Shown here piece after piece: positions 39,181 through 48,466 of a DNA stretch of 64,000 bases (position 1 is the first letter of the stretch; every line of letters begins with the position of its first letter). The position numbers and the translations under genes were made by a program. Location of the stretch: NCBI GenBank assembly GCA_000437395.1, contig FR898180.1:3377-67376 (forward strand), read 5' to 3'. The notes beneath the pieces are model-generated. The model did not search any database and had not been told where the DNA came from. It was given only the letters and a program-made list of their open reading frames with translations. Source of the DNA: Clostridium sp. CAG:288. Lineage in GTDB: Bacteria; Bacillota_I; Bacilli_A; RFN20; CAG-288.

Positions 39181-41076
39181 CTAATTTTTTTTGGTGCGTG
39201 CTTTTTGTTTAGCTAAGCGTGCTGTTCGCATGGTGTTATCAATTTTAGCTGTATCGCCCTTAATTAAATCCAAATATATTTTTTGCACCATGTTGTAATC
39301 GCTAATTAATTTTCTAAAATCAGAAGCATATTTAGGATTGTATGGTTTATCCTTACATTTTTTCATGATTTCCATAATTAGTATTACTAAGTCTTTATCT
39401 TCATCGTTTGATACTTCAAACATATCGATAATATTCTGATAATCTTCTAAATCTAGCGTTTCTTTACCTGTTTTTTGATAAGCGTCAGCTAAAGCGTTTT
39501 GAATCTTATTTAAATATGGAGAAATAAACATGCTTTGACTATTTTCAAATTCCATATATGCATCTTTATTTTTTGCCATCTTAGCTATTAAACAAGATTC
39601 TTTTGAGATAATCGCATTTAAATATTTTTCAATATTTTTATCTTTTAATTTACTTAAACTATATTTTAAACAACTGTCATAAATTGCATTTTGGTTAATT
39701 GTTTCTGTTGAAATATTTGATAAAGAATCTTTAGAAGCATAACTCTTTTTTACTTCTTTATCTTCAATCAAATCATCAGGCTTAAAAGTGTTTGCCCTAT
39801 CAACCATTGATTCTAAATCGTCTTTGTTGATTGAAAGAATATCAGCGAGTCTTGAAATTAAATCTTTTCTTACTAATTGCTTATATCTACTAAAAGCTAT
39901 TAAGCGTGTTTGTAAATAATCATCTTTAGCTTCAAGTGTGTTAAGCTTGCCATTATCGACTAAATATTTTGCCTCGAATTCAATCGGTTCAGCTAAGCTA
40001 TTTAAAGCATCGATAAGGCCATCTGTTCCAAATGCATTTAAGTATTCGTCAGCATCTTTAGCTCCGGTAAATTTACGGACAATTTTATATTTCAACTTTG
40101 CTTTGCCAAAAAGCTTCAAAGTTGAATACATAGCGTTTTGACCCGCGTTATCGCTATCTAAACATAAACGAATTTCTACACCAAGCTCTTTAAATAAAGC
40201 TATATGAGCTTCAGTTAAAGCTGTTCCCATTAAAGCAACAGCAGAATTAATTCCAGCTTTATAACAAGCAATTACATCCATAAACCCCTCTAAAACGTAC
40301 AAATATCCATCTTTTCTAACTGAATCTTTTGCATTTCTAAAGTTGTATAAGATTGTGCTTTTTTGGAATATTGGAGTCTCAGGTGAGTTAACATATTTAG
40401 ACTCGCCTTTGTCAGAATCTTTATATATTCTTCCTGAAAAACCAACAATATCACCTTTAGTATTTTCTAGTGGGAACATGATTCTATCTCTGTATCTATC
40501 GTAGAATCCAGAGCCAGAATTAGCTAATATACCAGCTTTTTCTAAAGTCTCAACTGAACAATTAAATCTTTCACGTAATACTTTGATTGATCTTGTGTTG
40601 TCCAAAGGTGCATAACCTATCTTAAAATGATTTATGACATCATCGTTCATATTTCTTTTTTCAAGATAACTTCTAGCTTCTTCACCATCTTTTTGTCTCA
40701 ACGAGAAATGATAAAAACCAGTTAAATTGTTTATAGCATCTAACAAATCTTGATTTTCTTTTGGTTTAACTTTAACTACTTCATCTAAACCAGGTACATC
40801 AATATTGCATATGTTGCAAACTTTTTTTACTGCCTGCATGAAGCTTACATGCTCATATTTTTGAACAAATGTAATACAATTTCCACCAGTACCACAAACA
40901 AAGCACTTAAATATTTTTTTTGTTGGTGATATTGATAAGCTAGGTTTTGTATCGTCATGGAAAGGACAAATAGCTACATAATCAGCACCCTTTTTTGTCA
41001 ATTTGAGGTAGTGGCCAATAACAGCTACAATATCAGCTTTATCTTTAACATATTGTACTAATTCTACTGATGTCAT
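39181..41076 (-). CDS. dnaG: DNA primase
   Basis: N-terminal CPFHDDTKPSLSI...CFVCG zinc-binding domain, then a TOPRIM domain (EGFMDVI, DSDNAG). Confidence 0.9.
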   Translation of the reverse strand: MTSVELVQYVKDKADIVAVIGHYLKLTKKGADYVAICPFHDDTKPSLSISPTKKIFKCFVCGTGGNCITFVQKYEHVSFMQAVKKVCNICNIDVPGLDEVVKVKPKENQDLLDAINNLTGFYHFSLRQKDGEEARSYLEKRNMNDDVINHFKIGYAPLDNTRSIKVLRERFNCSVETLEKAGILANSGSGFYDRYRDRIMFPLENTKGDIVGFSGRIYKDSDKGESKYVNSPETPIFQKSTILYNFRNAKDSVRKDGYLYVLEGFMDVIACYKAGINSAVALMGTALTEAHIALFKELGVEIRLCLDSDNAGQNAMYSTLKLFGKAKLKYKIVRKFTGAKDADEYLNAFGTDGLIDALNSLAEPIEFEAKYLVDNGKLNTLEAKDDYLQTRLIAFSRYKQLVRKDLISRLADILSINKDDLESMVDRANTFKPDDLIEDKEVKKSYASKDSLSNISTETINQNAIYDSCLKYSLSKLKDKNIEKYLNAIISKESCLIAKMAKNKDAYMEFENSQSMFISPYLNKIQNALADAYQKTGKETLDLEDYQNIIDMFEVSNDEDKDLVILIMEIMKKCKDKPYNPKYASDFRKLISDYNMVQKIYLDLIKGDTAKIDNTMRTARLAKQKARTKKN

Positions 41077-41100
41077 AGACTACTACCTCCTTTATAAAAA

Positions 41101-42477
41101 CTATCTATTTTCTATTTTTTCTTCAATGTATTTTGCTAAGTCAGCTATAGCTACTCTTTCTTGTTTCATTGAATCTCTTTCACGAACTGTAACCATATGA
41201 TCGTTTAATGAGTCAAAATCGTATGTTACACAGAATGGTGTACCAATAGCATCTTGTCTTCTATAGCGTTTACCAATTGAACCGGTGACATCAAATATAG
41301 CATCGTATTTTTTTACTAAGTTATCCAAGACCTCACTTTGAGCATTTGGAGCAAGTTGTTTACTAAGTGGTAAAACTGCGACTTTATATGGAGCAATAAC
41401 TGGTGATAAGTGTAAAACTACACGTGTATCTTTCTCTAATTGTTCCTCATCGTATGCATCACAAAGAAGTGCAAGTAATAATCTATCACAACCAAATGAA
41501 GGTTCAACAACGTGAGGTGTATATCTTTCGTTTGTCTCAGGATCTAAGTATGTTAAGTCTTCCCCTGAACAAGCTTGGTGTCTACCAAGATCGTAATCAG
41601 TTCTTGATGCAATACCCATTAATTCTCCCCAACCAAATGGGAATAAGTATTCAATGTCGGTCGTACCCTTGGAATAGAAAGCTAATTCTTCAGGTTCGTG
41701 ATCTCTAAATCTTAAATGAGAATCTTCAATTCCAATTCTATCGATAAACTTTCTACATTCATCCTTCCAATATTCAAACCATTTCATATCTTCGCCAGGT
41801 TTGAAGAAGAATTCAATTTCCATTTGTTCAAATTCACGAGTTCTGAATGTAAAGTTTCCTGGAGTAATTTCATTTCTAAAAGCCTTACCAATGTCACAAA
41901 CACCAAAAGGAAGTTTTGCTCTTGTTGTTCTTTGAACAGATTTGAAATTAACAAAAATACCTTGAGCGGTTTCAGGTCTTAAATAACAAACGCTACTCTT
42001 TTCTTCTGTGACACCAATGTATGTCTTAAACATCATTTGGAATTGTCTAATTGGAGTAAATGTGCTTTTACCACAGCTTGGACAAGTAATGTCACCTGAT
42101 TCAATTTCTTTATTTAAGTCTTCTGTTGTCATAGCATCGACATTTAAATCTGGTTTTTGATCTTTAATTAAAGTGTCAGCTCTATAACGAGTATGGCAAT
42201 ATTTGCAATCTACGAGTGGATCGTGGAAGTTTGCAACATGTCCTGTTGCTTCCCAAACTTTCGGATTCATAATGATTGCTGGCTCAATTTCGTAAATCAT
42301 GTGGTTTTCTCTTACAAAATGTTTACGCCACTCTTCTTTTAAATGATTTTTGGCTAATGTACCAAGTGGGCCATAATCCCACGAATTTGCTAAACCACCA
42401 TATATTTCAGAGCCTGGATAAACAAAGCCTGAAGTAATCAAATGTGTGGTAATTTTATCAAAACTAAATTTTGACAC
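41101..42477 (-). CDS. glyQS: glycine--tRNA ligase (dimeric alpha2 class II type)
   Basis: FVYPGSEIYGGLANSWDYGPLG, FRNEITPGNFTFRTREFEQME, GIASRTDYDL. The probable true start is the GTG (V15 of the listed ORF), which has AAAGGAGA 8 nt upstream. Confidence 0.85.
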   Translation of the reverse strand: MSKFSFDKITTHLITSGFVYPGSEIYGGLANSWDYGPLGTLAKNHLKEEWRKHFVRENHMIYEIEPAIIMNPKVWEATGHVANFHDPLVDCKYCHTRYRADTLIKDQKPDLNVDAMTTEDLNKEIESGDITCPSCGKSTFTPIRQFQMMFKTYIGVTEEKSSVCYLRPETAQGIFVNFKSVQRTTRAKLPFGVCDIGKAFRNEITPGNFTFRTREFEQMEIEFFFKPGEDMKWFEYWKDECRKFIDRIGIEDSHLRFRDHEPEELAFYSKGTTDIEYLFPFGWGELMGIASRTDYDLGRHQACSGEDLTYLDPETNERYTPHVVEPSFGCDRLLLALLCDAYDEEQLEKDTRVVLHLSPVIAPYKVAVLPLSKQLAPNAQSEVLDNLVKKYDAIFDVTGSIGKRYRRQDAIGTPFCVTYDFDSLNDHMVTVRERDSMKQERVAIADLAKYIEEKIENR

Positions 42478-42505
42478 CTTAAAATCTCCTTTACACAATA
42501 ATCTT

Positions 42506-42526
42506 CTTAAGTATAACATACTTAAG
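42506..42526. other. perfect 9-bp stem-loop between recO and glyQS
   Basis: cttaagtat-aac-atacttaag. There is no strong U-tract on either side, so its function is unclear. Confidence 0.3.
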
Positions 42527-42579
42527 CTTTAATTCAAAATAAAAACAGACACAAAATAGGCTAAAAAGTAGCAAAAATG

Positions 42580-43320
42580 CTACATTCTCAAAGATTCTAG
42601 AAGAAAATTAAATGTCTTTAATTCTACACCTAATTCGTCTTTTATAAAATTTATTAAATCATTTAAGCATTCTTTAACAATATTCTCATCTAATTTTGCT
42701 CCGCCAAATTTTTCTGGTGTAACTTTAAAGGCGTAAAGCATCAAATTTAAATATGTGTTATTTTGGCGTTTAGAAAACGTTTTTGTTGCACAATCCAAGC
42801 ATTTAAAGCCACCATTTTTCATTGAAAAATTGACAAGGTTATTTTTTCTTCCACAAATGACACAACCATCAAGTTTTGGTTCATAGCCAATTGCGCTTAT
42901 AGCTTTAGCTGTAAATATTAAAGCGATGGATAATAAACTGTATCCATTTTTGCATAACAATATAGATTTTTCGAAAAAATCATACGGAATCAGATCTTGT
43001 TCCAAAAACAATTTTACTATAATTTCTCTTTCATAATTTAACAAGTTCTGAGCTGAAAAATTTACATATAATTCAACGTTGCTTTCTAGTGTCGTCACAC
43101 CACGGACAGAATAATAACTATTTCCTTTTTCGCCTACATCAATAGTTATTTTATTAAATAAAATAGTCGCTTGACTATATTTGCTTCCAGGCAAAAAGCC
43201 ATTATTAACCCTTATAGAATAAAGGTATTCAGAGGTTAAAAAAGATACTATTGCATCTTTATCTTTATATTTTTCAACATTTATTGGATAACCAATTAAT
43301 TTTGATATTTTTTCTCTCAT
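42580..43320 (-). CDS. recO: DNA repair protein RecO
   Basis: C-terminal Cys4 zinc motif CVICGRKN...FKCLDC; size and position after era. Confidence 0.85.
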   Translation of the reverse strand: MREKISKLIGYPINVEKYKDKDAIVSFLTSEYLYSIRVNNGFLPGSKYSQATILFNKITIDVGEKGNSYYSVRGVTTLESNVELYVNFSAQNLLNYEREIIVKLFLEQDLIPYDFFEKSILLCKNGYSLLSIALIFTAKAISAIGYEPKLDGCVICGRKNNLVNFSMKNGGFKCLDCATKTFSKRQNNTYLNLMLYAFKVTPEKFGGAKLDENIVKECLNDLINFIKDELGVELKTFNFLLESLRM

Positions 43321-44186
43321 TTCATATATCCGTATCTACGAAGATACTTAGGATTATCGCGCCAATCTGGAACTACTTTTACAAGTAAATCTAGTGAAAC
43401 TGGTCTTCCTAAAAAGCCCTTTAAAGCCTCTTCAGAATAACGTCTAATTTTAGATATCATCTTTCCTTGGCGGCCAATCATAATTGCTTTTTCTGATTCT
43501 CTTTCAACAATGATATCAGCTCTTATAATTAATAAATTGTCTTCCTCTTCAACATGCTTTATTTCAACGTGACATGCATGTGGAACTTCATCCTCAGTTA
43601 ATCTCATGCATTTTTCACGAATTGTTTCAGAATAAATAAATTCTTCTGGATGATCTGAAATCATATCTTGTGGAAAATAAGGCGTTCCTTCTTGCAAATA
43701 TTTTTTTACTGTTGAAACTAATTGTTCTATACCAGCCTTATTTATCGCAGACAATTCAACTACATCTGCATTTGGCAATATTTCTTTATATTCTTTTATT
43801 TTTTCTTGACCTTGTTCAAATTTAATTAAATCAATTTTATTGAAAGCCAAAATAATAGGCGTATCTAACGTAGCCAATCTATTAGCTGTTTTCTTATCAA
43901 CTCTTTTAGATGCATCAATAACATAAATAATTGCATCGACATCGTATAAAGCAGATTTAGCTTCTTGAAGCATCAATTGGCCAAGTTTTTTATGAGGATC
44001 ATGTAATCCAGGAGTATCCACAAAAACTATTTGAGAGTCTTCATCGTTATAAATACCTTGAATATTTTCCCTAGTAGTTTGTGGCTTTTCGCTTACTGCC
44101 TCTATTTTTGTTTTTAAAATCGCATTTAAAATAGTTGACTTACCAGCATTAGCAAGTCCATATAACGAGCAAAATCCTACTTTCAT
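43317..44186 (-). CDS. era: GTPase Era
   Basis: G1 GLANAGKST, G3 DTPG, G4 NKID, and a C-terminal KH domain. Confidence 0.9.
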   Translation of the reverse strand: MKVGFCSLYGLANAGKSTILNAILKTKIEAVSEKPQTTRENIQGIYNDEDSQIVFVDTPGLHDPHKKLGQLMLQEAKSALYDVDAIIYVIDASKRVDKKTANRLATLDTPIILAFNKIDLIKFEQGQEKIKEYKEILPNADVVELSAINKAGIEQLVSTVKKYLQEGTPYFPQDMISDHPEEFIYSETIREKCMRLTEDEVPHACHVEIKHVEEEDNLLIIRADIIVERESEKAIMIGRQGKMISKIRRYSEEALKGFLGRPVSLDLLVKVVPDWRDNPKYLRRYGYMK

Positions 44187-44199
44187 AATTTATATTCCT

Positions 44200-44598
44200 T
44201 TATAAGTTTTCTTTTGAAAAAGCGTATGGCAATAATTCTTTTACAGATGTAACTAATTCTAAGCCACCAACTGTAAACAATACAACAGGTGTTTCTGGAA
44301 GTAAAAGTTCAGCCATTACTTGTCTACAAGCACCACAAGGTGAAACGATTGAAGGTGAGTCTGCAACAAGTGCTAAAACTTCAACTTCTTCAGGTTTTAC
44401 ACCAGCAAGTTTTGCTGCAAACATTGCTGTTCTTTCAGCGCAAATTGACAATGGGTAAGAAGCGTTTTCTAAATTAGCCCCCCTAAATAATCTTCCATCT
44501 TTGGTAATTAACACAGCTCCAACGGCAAAATTAGAGTAAGGTGAATATGATAATTCTCTTGATTTCATCGCTTCTGCTTTTAGCATTTTTAAATCCAT
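44200..44598 (-). CDS. cdd: cytidine deaminase
   Basis: CAERTA and SPCGACRQ zinc-binding motifs; 132 aa. Confidence 0.9.
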   Translation of the reverse strand: MDLKMLKAEAMKSRELSYSPYSNFAVGAVLITKDGRLFRGANLENASYPLSICAERTAMFAAKLAGVKPEEVEVLALVADSPSIVSPCGACRQVMAELLLPETPVVLFTVGGLELVTSVKELLPYAFSKENL

Positions 44599-45072
44599 TT
44601 ACATTTCCTCCTTCAAATAATCATATTTAAACGAATTAAGTATGGCGTTTTGAAGTTCAAACATTACGTTTGCCTCTTCTTCTGAATGAACATGGTCGTA
44701 TCCAAGTAAGTGTAATGTTCCATGAATAAAAAGGAAAGCTAATTCACGTCTTAAAGGATGGTTAAATTCAATTGCTTGTTTCTTTGCTACATCAAGAGCA
44801 ATAACAATTTCGCCTAAATCTTTAATTGGTGAATCAAAAGAATCCGATTCCATATAAGCAAATGAAATAACATCGGTTGGTCTATCAATATGTCGATAAT
44901 CTCTATTTATTTCTTGTATAGTATCATTATCAACAATAGTGACACTTGAAGTTATTTCACCTTCTAATTTCATGTAAGAAACAATGTGTTTCATAAGACT
45001 ATTAAACATTTCTTCTAAATCGCTAGGAGCAAGTGTTGTCTTATCGCTATAATAAAGTTCAATTTTTTCCAT
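44599..45072 (-). CDS. ybeY: endoribonuclease YbeY
   Basis: HGTLHLLGYDH metal-binding motif; 157 aa. Confidence 0.9.
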   Translation of the reverse strand: MEKIELYYSDKTTLAPSDLEEMFNSLMKHIVSYMKLEGEITSSVTIVDNDTIQEINRDYRHIDRPTDVISFAYMESDSFDSPIKDLGEIVIALDVAKKQAIEFNHPLRRELAFLFIHGTLHLLGYDHVHSEEEANVMFELQNAILNSFKYDYLKEEM

Positions 45073-45146
45073 ATTTGCCTCGCATTTTATTATAACAAAT
45101 TTGGCAACATTTATATATCTTTTTGCTTATATTACTAATTAATATG

Positions 45147-46313
45147 TCATTTAGCAAATATTTCATATGCATCTTTATGCAATTTTGAAAGTTCTTGGCA
45201 ATATAAATCAACATTTTTTAATCGAGAAAAAATTGATTTTATAAACAGAAACAAAAAATAAATAAAACATGTTACTTGAATTAAATGTTCAATTTTCAAT
45301 CGTTCCTCTAAGACTAAAATTACTGAAGAAAATATTAAAGACAAAAGCACATCAACTATATAATTTATAGATTTATACAAAGAAAATTTATAAGAATATT
45401 TTTGTGCATCTTTATATTCTTTTATAGCTATGCTTTTCCTTTTAATGGATTTTAAAAAATTGTCTTCGTTATATTCAATTTTGTCGTATATTATTTTTAG
45501 TTTTCTTTTTAGAATAATAGTTACTAATAAATCAGCAAGAATTACAAATGTTGTCGCTAATAAATATTGAATTCCCGATGATAACAAAACATAAATTACA
45601 ACTCCAAAACAAGTTATTGAACCATAAACTAATAGTGGATTTACTATTATTTTTTCTTTTACTTTTAAAACATATTTGTAATCTAGAGTATTTAGATGCT
45701 TTGATAAATATTTAAGTACAAATTTATCATCTAACTTTTTAGATAGAGAATAAGTATTTAATAGCAATACACTTAACAAAAGCAAAAAAATTATTACTGA
45801 TATGAGTGTGAACAATCCATTTCCTATGCTTGCAAAAAATAATGATAAAATTATCGCAATGCATTCTAAAATTGAAATTAGAGCTAATTTTATATATTCC
45901 ATTGTTTTTAAAGTACTTAACGGTTGTATTTTCTTAACTTTTCCAGATTTAAAAAATAGAGCAGATGTTACTTTAAAATCAATCTCATTTCTCTTTATCC
46001 AATATATTTTACCTATAGGATCATATAGTTTATATTTATTTTTCTTCTTTTCAATTAACACTAAAAAATGACCTATATTTTCTTTTTCAATTCTCACTAT
46101 AGAATTAGGTTTTAATAAGTTTAATTTATCATTATTTAATTCATAACAATCGTATAATAATCCATTATCACTTAATTCTTCTTTAATTTGAAATACATTA
46201 TCACATTTTCTCTTTAACGGATAAGAAGCATAATAGTTACATTTGCTAAATTTAGATAAAATATATCTAACGGTCGTTTGACCACAATCATTTTTTTCAA
46301 TTTGTTTTATCAT
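45147..46313 (-). CDS. membrane protein with N-terminal C39-peptidase-like domain and about 6 TM helices, no ABC ATPase domain
   Basis: IKQIEKNDCGQTTVRYIL (Cys), IGHFLVLIE (His) and YKLYDP (Asp) are spaced as in papain-like C39 bacteriocin-processing peptidases. Three hydrophobic hairpins follow. Start moved to the internal ATG, which has AGGAG upstream. Confidence 0.5.
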   Translation of the reverse strand: MIKQIEKNDCGQTTVRYILSKFSKCNYYASYPLKRKCDNVFQIKEELSDNGLLYDCYELNNDKLNLLKPNSIVRIEKENIGHFLVLIEKKKNKYKLYDPIGKIYWIKRNEIDFKVTSALFFKSGKVKKIQPLSTLKTMEYIKLALISILECIAIILSLFFASIGNGLFTLISVIIFLLLLSVLLLNTYSLSKKLDDKFVLKYLSKHLNTLDYKYVLKVKEKIIVNPLLVYGSITCFGVVIYVLLSSGIQYLLATTFVILADLLVTIILKRKLKIIYDKIEYNEDNFLKSIKRKSIAIKEYKDAQKYSYKFSLYKSINYIVDVLLSLIFSSVILVLEERLKIEHLIQVTCFIYFLFLFIKSIFSRLKNVDLYCQELSKLHKDAYEIFAK

Positions 46314-46364
46314 ATTGTTTCTCCTCATTTTATATATGGGAAAAGCAATAATTTTTTCTAAATA

Positions 46365-47294
46365 TTATTGTTCTATCGCAATGTTTTCTATTAGTTGATA
46401 ATGCAATTTTATGTACGAACTATTTATTCCATATTTAAAAGACAAAATATTTCTTTCATCTATTGTTCCTTCATTTGTATCTTCAAGAGCCTTTCTGTCA
46501 CATTCACTAAGAAAATAAGATAAAATTTCACTTTCTTCACGAATTCCTGTATCACACTTATATTCGATAATTTTCCAAGTATATGCATATACTTTTGCTT
46601 TAGTAAATAATTCTATTTGCTTCGTATCATTGACATTTATATAAGCACTAATAAGTAAATCTCCTTTTTTAACATAATCATTCACTTGAATCATTTTTTG
46701 TCCATGCTCAACCATTATTTTTTTGATCACACCATCTTTAGAAGCAATAAGATTTCTTTTTAATTCAGGTAATACTATTGGTTCTCGTCTTTTTTCATAC
46801 TTTACTTCAATTACTAAACCAGTGCGACGAATTTCCAAAAATTCTATATTACTAATTAACTCTTTTTCTAATTTAGTTTGCAAATTTTTAAGTTTAATAT
46901 TAGATGGCAAAGATTGATACTTTTCAATATTACTTTCAGTTAATTTTTGACGTATTTGATTATCTATTTCTTCGTTTCCACCTGAAATATCAACTCGATA
47001 TATTCTAGTAGATGCAAATATAAAAAGAATCAAAGTTATAATTAAGGATATAACTGTCGTTTTTTTGCTAATTAAATTATGTACTATTGATTTAGGACCA
47101 TAACGCTTTATTAAAATCGCTTCAGAAAAGCACTTTAATACTTGCTTTTTATATTTAGGTTCTACTTTAAATTTATATGTATAATCAGATATTTTTTTAA
47201 AATTACGTACAACTATTTTCTTTTCTTTTAAAAGTTGTAAAGCTTTTTGTGGCGAATATATTTTTATAACGTATTCATCATAAGACTTAAACAT
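46365..47294 (-). CDS. yqfD: sporulation protein YqfD
   Basis: Architecture matches YqfD: an N-terminal domain of about 80 aa, a single TM (VISLIITLILFIFAS), then IYRVDISGGN and KKGDLLISAYIN motifs. It overlaps the yqfC stop as in Bacillus. Confidence 0.7.
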   Translation of the reverse strand: MFKSYDEYVIKIYSPQKALQLLKEKKIVVRNFKKISDYTYKFKVEPKYKKQVLKCFSEAILIKRYGPKSIVHNLISKKTTVISLIITLILFIFASTRIYRVDISGGNEEIDNQIRQKLTESNIEKYQSLPSNIKLKNLQTKLEKELISNIEFLEIRRTGLVIEVKYEKRREPIVLPELKRNLIASKDGVIKKIMVEHGQKMIQVNDYVKKGDLLISAYINVNDTKQIELFTKAKVYAYTWKIIEYKCDTGIREESEILSYFLSECDRKALEDTNEGTIDERNILSFKYGINSSYIKLHYQLIENIAIEQ

Positions 47295-47493
47295 ATATAA
47301 TCTCCAACATACTTACTTTGCCACCAATAATTGCTTCTTTAGAGTCATAATATTTAATATAAATGTTAATTCCAGTAACATTAATTACTCTATCTTTAAA
47401 AAACACTTCAAGCTTTTTATCGCTTTGAAGTGCTAATGAAACAAAATCATAAAATTCTATACAATCATCGTTATAAACAAATTTCTTTAGCAC
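47287..47493 (-). CDS. yqfC: sporulation protein YqfC-like (YabP/YqfC family), apparently C-terminally short
   Basis: DRVINVTGINIYIKYYDSKEAIIGGKVSMLEII resembles the YabP/YqfC core. The listed start is a GTG with no RBS, so the true N-terminus is uncertain. Confidence 0.45.
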   Translation of the reverse strand: MLKKFVYNDDCIEFYDFVSLALQSDKKLEVFFKDRVINVTGINIYIKYYDSKEAIIGGKVSMLEIIYV

Positions 47494-47524
47494 GATAGAT
47501 TATATGATGTAATTATATAAAGTA

Positions 47525-48466
47525 TCACTCAAATAGTTCTGGTTCGATAATTTCTCTTTCAGACATTAAATATTTTAATGTGTCAGTCATAATATTTTGA
47601 GTTATTTTATCTCTCAAACAATAGGCTTGAGTAACTTCATCAATTGTTAAACGTGAACTAATGAAAGTAATAAGTCCTTTTTTACGTCTTTCATTTAATA
47701 ATGGAACTAAATAGAAATCTCTAATTTGAAAAGATTTAGGTTCTAATCCAAAATCATCTATCAATAACACGTCAACATCTTTTATTGAACTATAAGTTTC
47801 TATTGCGTAATCGCGTGCTTCAGACTTTACTTTATCTGTTAAAGGAATGAAAAGCGATGGTGAACTAACATAGGCAACTTTATTGTTATTCATCATTGCG
47901 CTTATTAATACATATTGTAAGAAAGTTCTACCATTAGAATTAGGTGAAACTACATAAAATCCTTTAACAAAATTATTTTTATACCCTTTATTTTTTATAA
48001 GTGGAATACTCTCTGCAAGTAAGTTCTTTAATTGGCTTTTAGTATTTTGCGAGTTTTTAACAAAAGTTAAAATCCTATTATATGATTCTCTAGCATTTTC
48101 AGGATTTATTGAAGAATGAACAACATTTCTTAAATAATTTTCCCATTTCTTCTTATAATCACAAAATACAAAGCGATTATCTATTTCTCCAGTATAAGAA
48201 TTATAGACAAGCTTTAAAGTTGTACCAACTCTGTCCTTTTTAACGCATTTAGATAATCCACGACAGTTTTGACAAAGTTTTTTATCATCTAAAACTTGAG
48301 CGATTTTAATTGCCCCTTTTCTTAATTCTTCATCTGAAAAATTATATGATTTAGCAAATTCAACTAAATCTTTATCCTTGTAAAAATCAGATAAAACATC
48401 TTCGACAAACTTTGTCATGTCTGAGTTTGATATAAGTTGTTCTTTAGGAATATTAAGCTTATTCAT
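47525..48466 (-). CDS. dnaI: primosomal helicase-loader DnaI homolog with non-canonical P-loop
   Basis: N-terminal CQNCRGLSKC zinc motif, then an AAA+ core with Walker B VLLIDDFGLE. The Walker A position reads SPNSNGRTF rather than GxxGxGKT, and no GKT or GKS occurs anywhere in the protein. The ATGA overlap with the dnaB stop indicates translational coupling. Confidence 0.75.
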   Translation of the reverse strand: MNKLNIPKEQLISNSDMTKFVEDVLSDFYKDKDLVEFAKSYNFSDEELRKGAIKIAQVLDDKKLCQNCRGLSKCVKKDRVGTTLKLVYNSYTGEIDNRFVFCDYKKKWENYLRNVVHSSINPENARESYNRILTFVKNSQNTKSQLKNLLAESIPLIKNKGYKNNFVKGFYVVSPNSNGRTFLQYVLISAMMNNNKVAYVSSPSLFIPLTDKVKSEARDYAIETYSSIKDVDVLLIDDFGLEPKSFQIRDFYLVPLLNERRKKGLITFISSRLTIDEVTQAYCLRDKITQNIMTDTLKYLMSEREIIEPELFE

